From assembly GCA_963779315.1 (NCBI GenBank), contig CAVZXQ010000002.1:53204-117203 (forward strand): a DNA stretch of 64,000 bases, given 5' to 3'. A program made the position numbers and the translations under genes. A model generated the notes under the pieces. That model saw only the letters and a program-made list of their open reading frames with translations. It was not told the DNA's origin and ran no database searches. The DNA comes from an uncultured Chloroflexia bacterium (lineage in GTDB: Bacteria > Chloroflexota > Limnocylindria > Limnocylindrales > CSP1-4). Below are positions 51,598 to 64,000 of this stretch, piece by piece (the first letter of the stretch is position 1; the number at the start of each line of letters is the position of its first letter).

Positions 51598-53279
51598 ATG
51601 GACCACGACCCTGACGTCGACCCCGCCCTGCCCGCCTCGGTCGTCGAGCGACTGGCTCGGCTGGCGCCGGATCAGCGGGCGGCCGCGATCGCGCCACCAG
51701 GCCCCTCCCTGTGTATCGCCCCGGCGGGATCGGCAAGACGACGACGCTGGTGGCCCGAGCCGCGTGGCTCATCGCGACAGGGGTCGAACCCGGTTCGATC
51801 TGCGCGATCACGTTCAACAAGCGAGCCGCCATAGAGATGACCGAGCGACTCGATGCGGCCGTCGCGCCGCTGGGGGTCGAACCCGGCACGGTCCGCGTCC
51901 GGACCTTCCACGCCCTTGGTCGCGAGATCCTGTCGGACGCCGGGGAGGCGGTCGAGCCGCTCGCCGATCGTCAGTCGATCCTCGCTGACGTCGCTCCGTG
52001 GGCCGATGCCGCCGAGCGTCTCCGACTCGACACGGTCGTGTCGCGGCTGAAGGTCGAGCTCGGAGTCACGGCGACGCAGGTCGCGGCGGACCCGGAGGCC
52101 GGCCCGTCCGCGCGGGCGTTCGTCGCGTACGAGGCCGCCGTGCTCGCGAGTGGCGGCCTGGACTTCGACGACCTCATCCTCCGCGCGATCGGTGCGCTTG
52201 AACGCGACCCGACGCTCCTCGCCCGGTGGCGATCGCGCTCGACGGAGCTGCTCGTGGACGAGGTCCAGGACGTGGATCGCGCGCAACTGGGACTCGCGTT
52301 GCTGCTGGCGGCGCCGGCGAACCGCATCTTCCTCGTCGGCGACGACGACCAGTCGATCTACGGCTGGCGACTTGCGGACGTGCGACGGATCCTGGGGCTC
52401 GCGGGACAGCTCCCGGGTCTGCGTCGGGTGGACCTCGAGGTCAACTACCGCTGCCCTCGGGCCGGTCGTCGAGCGGGCCGTCCGGCTGGTCGAGCACAAC
52501 GGCGAACGGTTCCCGAAGCGGATCCGGGCCGGACCGGCGGCGGATGGTCGGCTGGTCCTTGCGCCCGATGCGTCCGACGAGACGGTCCGCTTGGCCCGGG
52601 CGGTCCGGACGTGGCCGGACGACGACTCGTCGCGCGCCGATCCTGGCCAGGACCAACCGCGAACTGCTGCCGGCCGTCGCCGTGGCGCTGGAGCTCGGCC
52701 TGCCGTTCCGCGCACCGAAGATCGACCTGCCGCTCGAATCCGAGGTCGTGGACCGGCTGCTCGATCGGGCCGCAGAGATCACCGAGCCCGGCGAACCGCT
52801 CCTGGTCTCGCTTGGACGCGTCCGAGCGGAGGAGGCTGAGGCGAACACGCGTGAAGGCGTCGGTCGATGCCACGGACGGCGGCGACGCGTTCGCCGCAGA
52901 CCTGCTCGCTTGGTCGGCGGGCCTGCCGGACCTGGCCGCGGTCCGGGTCGCGATCACGGCGGCGCGCGATCGCCTTGCCTTCCTGCGACGCGACGACGCG
53001 GCGCTGACCCTCGCCACCGCCCACTCGACGAAGGGGCTCGAATTCGATCACGTCATCGTCGTGGGGATGGAGGCCGGGCGGTTCCCCAGCGCGAGAGCCG
53101 TCTCGCAGGCCGAGGACCCGACGAGAGCCTACGAAGAGGAACGGCGGCTCGCGTACGTCGCGTGGACCCGGGCCAGGCGCTCGCTGACCCTGCTGTACGA
53201 CCCTGCCGTCCCCTCCCCGTTCCTGCTCGAGGCGTTCACGGCCGCCGAACTCGGGCTGGACGCTACGATGACCGGATGA
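51598..53279 (+). CDS. UvrD/Rep-family ATP-dependent DNA helicase (short form); at least 4 frame changes
   Basis: The gene starts at ATG 51598. The Walker A site is restored across a break near 51725 (APAGS|GKTTTLV). Other motifs are DEVQDV, FLVGDDDQSIYGWR, VNYRC and TAHSTKGLEFDHVIVVG..AYVAWTRAR. The frames used are those of ORFs 51598, 51711, 52150 and 52226. Confidence 0.85.
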
Positions 53280-53754
53280 GCCGACTGCCGAGCCTGGGTC
53301 CCCGCGGCGAAGGCTGGGTCGCCATCCAGTTCGTCCTGCTCGCGGCGATCGCCGTGGCCGGCCTCCTGGGTCCGGCATGGGAGGGCCCGGCCCGGATCGT
53401 GACGAACCGTCGTCGGCGCTGTCCTCATCGCGGGCGGGCTCATCCTCGCGGCCGCGGGACTGCGCGATCTCGAGCGACGCCCTGACCCCGCTCCCCTACC
53501 CACGCGACGGAGCCGGCCTCGTCGAGACCGGCGTCTACGCTCGGGTCCGCCACCCCATCTACGGCGGCCTCGTCCTGGCGGCGTTCGGCTGGGGCCTGCT
53601 GGCTGCATCCCCGGTCGCCATCGCGCTGGCCGCCGTCCTGCTGGGCTTCTTCGAGCTCAAGTCGCGGCGCGAGGAGGTCTGGCTCGCCGAACGGTTCCCG
53701 GGCTACCCCGCCTATCGCGAACGGACGCGGCGGCTCATCCCCTGGATCGGTTGA
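53276..53754 (+). CDS. Isoprenylcysteine carboxyl / phospholipid methyltransferase family membrane protein; 2 frame changes
   Basis: MSRLPSLGPRGEGWVAIQFVLLAAIAVAGLLG lies in the frame of ORF 52226..53485 (ATGA overlap with the helicase stop). The C-terminal LVETGVYARVRHPIYGGLVLAAFGWGL..RREEVWLAERFPGYPAYRERT lies in ORF 53377..53754. Confidence 0.75.
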
Positions 53755-54076
53755 GCTCTCGCGGACCAGGCGGTCGATCGCGTCGAGGAACGGCTCGGTC
53801 ACGGCCGGCCGGCAGCACGTCCCGGACGGAATCCTTGACGCCGTAGGCCGCCCGGCAGCGCGTCGCGGTCGCCCGCAGCGCGCTCGGCTCCTCGTCGCGC
53901 AAGCCGGTCCGGCAGCGGCTCGAAGTAGGCGATCCACCGCGCCGACTCCGAGGTCGCGCGCGGCAGCCAGGAGCCGGTCCGCGCATCGCGCGGCGACGAG
54001 GCCGGCCTCGTCGATCGCCGGGTGCTCGTGCCGCGCCGCGCGTCGCGCCGCCCGCTGGTCCACCCGGGCCTCAGTC
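53735..54076 (-). CDS. Hypothetical protein (path through several frames uncertain)
   Basis: ATG 54076 overlaps the stop of the upstream gene (ATGA). The segments that look natural are [88 protein letters not shown] and [15 protein letters not shown], and they lie in three different frames. Confidence 0.3.
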
Positions 54077-54525
54077 ATCCGACGGGCGAGTCCCCGTGGC
54101 GCAGTCCTTCCGCATCGCCGCCTGCGGGCGGGCGGAGCAGCAGCAGCGGCAGGCGCTTGCGCTCGGAGCCGTTGACGAGGATCCGGAACGAGTAGTCGCC
54201 CGGGCGACGGGAAGGTCAGGTTCCACAGGTCGATCGAGAACGTCAGCGTGGCGTCGCGGCCATCGCGCTGGCTGCGGGCGACCAGGCTGCCGGTCGCGCC
54301 GGCGACCTCGGCGCCGTCCGGATCGAGCAGGACGAACCGGATCTCGTGCTCGCGCTCCGTCTCGGGCGCCGTCACCTGCAGGCCGATGACCAGGGCCAGG
54401 TGCGGGTGCCGCAGCGGGAACTTCCGGCCGCCGATCCGGGCGATGCCGCCACCCAGGACGTGGAACTTCTGGCCGGGGACGGTCTCGGCGGCGTCGGCGA
54501 GGAAGGCGAAGTCGATGTCGGGCAT
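54075..54525 (-). CDS. Small conserved hypothetical protein (about 149 aa); 1 frame change
   Basis: [66 protein letters not shown] lies in ORF 53440..54525. My own translation of the tail is [32 protein letters not shown], ending at TGA 54075-54077. Confidence 0.55.
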
Positions 54526-54555
54526 GCCCGGATGGTACGCCCTCGGCGAACGCTC

Positions 54556-57634
<3,079 letters not shown>

Positions 57635-57664
57635 GATGCGAGTGTACGGCGATCGCGACGATAT

Positions 57665-57678
57665 CGAACAGGTGTTCT
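57665..57678. promoter_or_regulatory. LexA-type SOS box (CGAAC-N4-GTTC) upstream of uvrA
   Basis: ATCGAACAGGTGTTCTCG was read directly. The box lies 31-44 nt upstream of the uvrA GTG, in the 73-nt uvrB-uvrA spacer. It matches the Gram-positive/actinobacterial consensus CGAACRNRYGTTYC at all but the last position. Confidence 0.55.
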
Positions 57679-57707
57679 CGCGACATCGATGGCCGGCCGC
57701 GACGTCG

Positions 57708-60073
<2,366 letters not shown>

Positions 60074-60296
60074 CACCCGCATGGTACCGGACTCGACCGA
60101 ATAGCACAGGCGTTCTAGCGAGACACGCCAGTCACGCACAGGGCTCGGGCGAGGTGACCTGAGGCTGACGGCCCGTGGGACGTATGGGTCATGTCCGCGG
60201 GAAGCCGGTCGCACGAGACTCCGGGGTATGGCAGTTGTACTCGTTCGCGAGTGGCGGGCGAGCTGCCTTGAACACCGTGTCGCGAAAAGGTGATGG

Positions 60297-61195
60297 ATGG
60301 ACCCCGAATTCCGTGAAAACCGACGCCGCCAGCGAGCGATCATCGCCGTCGGCGTGATCCTGGCCCTGGTGGCCGGAGGCGCCGCCTTCTACCTCATGAA
60401 CCAGGCCCAGCAGCAGGCCGCCCAGACGGGCCTGCAGAAGGTCACAGCCGTCGTCGCGCATCCGCGCCATCCCGGCCCGTCAGGCGATCGTCGCCGAGGA
60501 CGTCACGATCCGCGAGGTCCCGCTCGACGACACCAATGCCGCAGGTGTGGCGACGGAAGTCCGGCCAGGTCATCGGCCGCATCCCGGCCGTCACGATCCT
60601 GCAGGGCCAGCTGGTGACGACGAACATGCTCGCCTCCTCCGACGAGGGCGGTCAGTTCTCGATCCTGGGGCCGGACGAGACCGTCGGCCCGGACTCCGAG
60701 GCCTGGCGGGCGGTATCGCTCACGGCGTCCGACGACCCGCCGTCGGCGGCCTGCTCAAGGCCGGCCAGACGGTCGACGTCTTCGTCACGACCGTCGTCAA
60801 TGTGCCGACCGACCTGGCCGATCGAGGCAAGTACTACACGGACCGGTCGACCAAGATCACGTACCAGAACGTCCTGATCCTGGCCCGCGAGGGCTCCTTC
60901 TACATCATCCGGGCCACGCTCCCGGTGGCCGAGGAGATCGCCCACCTGCAGGCCGTGGGTTCGGCGACGTTCAGCATGGTGCTTCGACCCGACACGGACC
61001 TCCGGCCGGTCGATGCCACGACGCTCGGCGAGACGACCAACCTGATCATCAAGAAGTACGGGCTGCCGATCCCGGAGACGTTCCCGGCCGGCGTCGGGCC
61101 GGTGGCCACCCCGACCCCGTCGGCATCGCCGTCGTCAGCGTCCGAACCCGTCGGCATCGCCGACGACCGAGCCCGTAGGAGGCGTGATCGGGTGA
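60297..61195 (+). CDS. cpaB: Flp/Tad pilus assembly protein CpaB (RcpC-like); at least 3 frame changes, 3' end uncertain
   Basis: ATG 60297 follows AAGGTGA. The N-terminal anchor RRQRAIIAVGVILALVAGGAAFYL is followed by a SAF-like segment (GRIPAVTILQGQLVTTNML) in ORF 60536..60877. The C-terminal domain (LKAGQTVDVFVTT..VLILAREGSFYIIRATLPVAEEIAHL) lies in ORF 60547..61503. Candidate stops are at 61176 and 61193, depending on frame. Confidence 0.75.
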
Positions 61196-61198
61196 TGC

Positions 61199-62086
61199 GT
61201 GCGCAGGGGGCGGTCCAGGGTGGCTTCACATCGGTCTCGCGGTCAGGCCACCGTCGAGCTCGTCCTGATCCTGCCCGTCCTGCTGCTGCTGCTGGTGGCA
61301 GCCGCGGACCTCGCCCGCGTCTTCCACTCGACCATCGCCATCGAGAGCGCCGCGCGCGCCGGCGCGCTGGAAGCCGCGGCCCACCCCACCTCGTTCCAGT
61401 CCGGTCAGGCCTGCAACGTCTCGACGAACCGCGTCGTGTGCGCCGTCCAGCGCGAGACGCAGGGATCGCTCCTGACGCTGACGCCCATCCGACATCGTCC
61501 TGACCTGCACGCCGGATCCCTGCTCGGAGGCCCTCGGGAACGAGCGTCTCCGTGGTCGTCACCAGCCAGTTCAGCCTGATCACGCCGCTCCTGTCCGCCC
61601 TGTTCGGCGGTCAGGACCTGACGCTGTCGGCCGCGGCCTCCGCGCAGATCAACGTCCGCCCGAACACCGGGCCTGTCCTCGACGCCGACGCCGAGCCCGA
61701 CGCCGAGCCCGACACCGACGCCCGAGCCCCGACGCCGACACCGACGCCCGACCCGAGCGCTCCTCCGACGCCGACGCCGACGCCGGCGCCGACGCCGACG
61801 CCGACGCCGATGTGCTTCCCGCCGACCGCCGACTTCACGTTCAGCCACTCGACCGGCAAGAAGAAGAGGACGGACTTCCAGTTCACGGACCTCTCGACGA
61901 CGACGCCCGAGTGCCCGCTGACGTGGTCCTGGAACTTCGGTGATGGCGCCGGAGCCTCATCGACGTCCACCCTGCAGAACCCGGTCCACCAGTACCAGTC
62001 GCAGGGCATCTACACGATCACGCTGGTGGTCTCGAACTCCGGCGGGCAGGACACGCGACACGCGCACCGTCACGGTGACTCCGTGA
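61199..62086 (+). CDS. TadE-like pseudopilin fused to a Pro/Thr/Asp linker and a C-terminal PKD domain; at least 3 frame changes
   Basis: The TadE N-terminus GQATVELVLILPVLLLLLVAAADLARVF lies in ORF 61199..61579. VVVTSQFSLITPLLSALFG, the linker (DADAEPDAEPD..TPTPTPAPTPTPTP) and the PKD motif FTDLS..WSWNFGDGAGASSTSTLQNPVHQYQSQGIYTITLVVSNSGG lie in ORF 61552..62157. The restored end ..RTVTVTP stops at TGA 62084-62086. Confidence 0.7.
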
Positions 62087-62506
62087 AGCGCGGCGCGAGC
62101 CGGTTCGCGCGGCCAGGGCCTCGTCGAGTTCGCCTTCGGGATCATCGATCTTCCTGACGTTGCTGTCGGGATCGTCGACCTGGCCCGCGGGGTCTTCCTG
62201 TTCAACGGCGTCTCCGAGGCGGCCCGCGAGATCACCCGCGAGACGAGCGTCCATCCGGCTCCGGCGCACTCGGCGACAGCGCCGAGACCGTCGCGATGGT
62301 CGCCACCCAGCGGACCATCGTGCCCGGCCTGACGGTGTCTGGCATACGCCTGCGTCGACCTCGGCGGAGCCGCCGTCAGCGGCACCTGCAAGCCGGGCGA
62401 CTGGGTCCGGGTCAGCGTCGCCGCGCCATTCCAGCCCGTCCTGCCGCTCCTGGCCGCCCTCGGCCCGATCACCGTCACGTCGGTCAGCAGCGCGGAGATC
62501 CAATGA
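62083..62506 (+). CDS. TadE/TadF-like pseudopilin; at least 3 frame changes
   Basis: GTG 62083 overlaps the upstream stop (GTGA). The signature GQGLVEFAFGII.. is followed by IVDLARGVFLFNGVSEAAREITRE. The restored C-terminus YACVDLGGAAVSGTCKPGDWVRVSVAAPFQPVLPLLAALGPITVTSVSSAEIQ ends at TGA 62504-62506. Confidence 0.65.
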
Positions 62507-63443
62507 CGCGTGTCATGCGCCAACCCGTCGTCGGACCCGCTCGGAGTCGCGCGGCCAGATCCTGGTCGTCTTCGCCCTGTCGCTCGTCGTCCTCATCAGC
62601 ATGGCCGGCCTCGCGCTCGACGGCGGATCGACGTTCTCGCAGCGTCGCGACCAGCAGACCGCCGCAGACCTCGCCGCCCTGGCCGGCGCCAACGACTACC
62701 TCATCAACAACGACGAGCCTGCCGCGATCGCCCGAGCCGAGGCCGATCGCCACCTCGAACGGCTTCACGGCCGGCGTCGACGGCACGAGCGTGACGGTGG
62801 GCGTGGACACGTCGAACGGCGTCGCCGTGACGGTCGCCATCGACAAGCCGCACCGGAACAGCTTCCTGGCGATCGTCGGGCATGGCGAGCTGGCCGGTCA
62901 CCACGACCGCCACGTCGCTCGCCGGCTTCCCGGACAGCGCCTCGGGCGCCTCGCCGTTCATCTTCCCGATCAGCGCGTTCGACAACGACGGGACGCCCAA
63001 GTTCCAGACCGCGACGGACTTCGGCGAAGTGAACGGCGACATCCCGGTCACGCGACCTCGACTTCGCCTGGACCAACTTCGGGACCGGCAACGTGAACAG
63101 CAGCGAGGTCGGCCGACATCATCGATGGCACCACCGTCATCGACAAGACGCTGGCGTACGGGGAGTACATCGGCCAGCACAACAACGGCAACCACCGAGC
63201 TCTTCGATGACGTCAACGACCTACCTGAGCGGGCTCGACCTGCCGGTCGCGGTCGTCGACTCGGCGGCAACTTCATGGGCTGGGCCACGTTCCACGTCAA
63301 CAGCGCCAGCGGCGGCTCGCAGCAAGCACATCAACGGCTACTTCGTGAGCTCGTTCGAGAGCGCCCGCCTGACGGTCGCGAGCTGCGCCGCCAACGCCTG
63401 CCCGCGCTACCTGGGCTCGTACGTCCTCAAGCTGACCGACTGA
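62503..63443 (+). CDS. TadG-like (Flp pilus-assembly, Tad_N) pseudopilin; at least 4 frame changes
   Basis: ATG 62503 forms an ATGA overlap. GQILVVFALSLVVLISMAGLALDGGSTFSQRRDQQTAADLAALAGA lies in ORF 62160..63032. The middle part lies in ORFs 62296.. and 62882... The C-terminus INGYFVSSFESARLTVASCAANACPRYLGSYVLKLTD lies in ORF 63093..63443. Confidence 0.65.
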
Positions 63444-63452
63444 CGCAGCCCC

Positions 63453-64000
63453 TTAGGCGGGACCGCTCGACGCCGTACCGCGCCCGCCAGCGCCGCCTCG
63501 AGCGCCTCGTCGACGGCCCGTGCGGTCGTGTCGAGCGGACCGTCCGTCACGATGACCCGGGTAGCGACGGCCCGCGCCCGCGCCACGAGTCCGGCCTGGG
63601 CGGCGATCCGGCGTTCGGCGTCCGCCGGATCGGCCCCACGAGCCAGCGAGCCGCTCCCGCTGGGCGCCGGCCGAGCAGTCGACCAGCCAGACCTCGTCCA
63701 CGTCGTCCGCGTAGCCGCCCTCGACGAGCCGGATCGCCTCGAGGACGACGGCCGTCGCCGCGGTCGCCGCGGCCTCCTCGAGCGCGGCGAGGATCCGCGG
63801 CCGGACGGCCGGATGGATGATCGCCTCGAGGTCGGCGAGCGCGGCCGGGTCGGCGAACACGATCCGCCCGAGCGCGGCCCGATCGAGGCGACCGTCGGCG
63901 CCGAGCAGGTCCGCGCCCGAACCGATCCGCGATCGCGGCAGCGCCGGCTCGCCGGGCTCGGTGACCTCGCGGGCGAGCCGGTCGGCGTCGATGACGACGG
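63453..64000 (-). CDS. coaE: Dephospho-CoA kinase (5' end with P-loop beyond window edge); at least 2 frame changes
   Basis: My own translation at 63900-64000 gives VVIDADRLAREVTEPGEPALPR. ORF 63453..63860 supplies FADPAALADLEAIIHPAVRPRI..VVLEAIRLVEGGYADDVDEVWLVDCSAGAQRERL. The order and spacing match CoaE. Confidence 0.75.
   Translation of the reverse strand, partial: VVIDADRLAREVTEPGEPALPRSRIGSGADLLGADGRLDRAALGRIVFADPAALADLEAIIHPAVRPRILAALEEAAATAATAVVLEAIRLVEGGYADDVDEVWLVDCSAGAQRERLAGSWGRSGGRRTPDRRPGRTRGAGAGRRYPGHRDGRSARHDRTGRRRGARGGAGGRGTASSGPA

Noticed and set aside
60083-60296. A second LexA box in the uvrB-cpaB divergent region (GAACACCGTGTC and CGAATAGCACAGGCGTTC).
   Set aside because: In both candidates the half-sites are either mis-spaced or mismatched in the GTTC arm.
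61680-61810. Short GC-rich tandem repeats, (CCGACG)n-like here and similar runs at 45760-45900 and 40680-40860, as possible CRISPR or VNTR arrays.
   Set aside because: The periods are 3-6 nt, with no spacers. They lie inside coding regions and encode PT/SPA-rich linkers.

Overview
This is a 64-kb, very GC-rich chromosomal segment (about 70% G+C judged by eye, not computed). The gene content points to a high-GC monoderm-type bacterium, Actinomycetota- or Chloroflexota-like: whiA-yvcK-rapZ, an LCP protein, secG, type-2 ileS and type-2 pyrF. I support about 65 protein genes and 8 tRNAs at three loci. Almost everything between 20 and 60 kb lies on the minus strand.

The housekeeping backbone is:
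- rluD-lspA-ileS
- ilvE
- rpsF-ssb-rpsR
- htpX-lemA
- ybaK-korDABC
- secG-gpmI-tpiA-whiA-yvcK-rapZ
- tatA/tatC
- pyrF, a PD40 protein and recJ
- secDF
- uvrC, uvrA (with a LexA-type box upstream) and uvrB
- a UvrD-like helicase
- coaE

There are three accessory-looking parts:
- 12.7-20.9 kb, bounded by tRNA genes: lipoproteins, small membrane proteins, a GATase1, a GDPD, a C45 peptidase and a DUF805 protein.
- 26.2-32.0 kb, abutting a tRNA-Val/Leu/Leu array: small exported or membrane ORFs, a visibly lower-GC gene, a perfect 66-bp tandem duplication and dispersed REP-like repeats.
- 60.3-63.4 kb: a Tad/Flp pilus accessory cluster (cpaB, a TadE-PKD fusion, tadE, tadG) with no motor genes. An orphan REC-CpaE/TadZ gene lies 48 kb away.

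The main caveat is that roughly half the genes need one or more frame changes to read through. This is on the order of one break per kb and includes essential genes. I read these as consensus indel errors rather than real pseudogenes, so gene spans are given across the breaks and boundaries are provisional.

I found no rRNA, CRISPR array, transposase, integrase, prophage or recognisable defence genes. I did not find a convincing new multi-gene system. The best leads are the repeat-rich tRNA-adjacent block and the TadE-PKD pseudopilin cluster.
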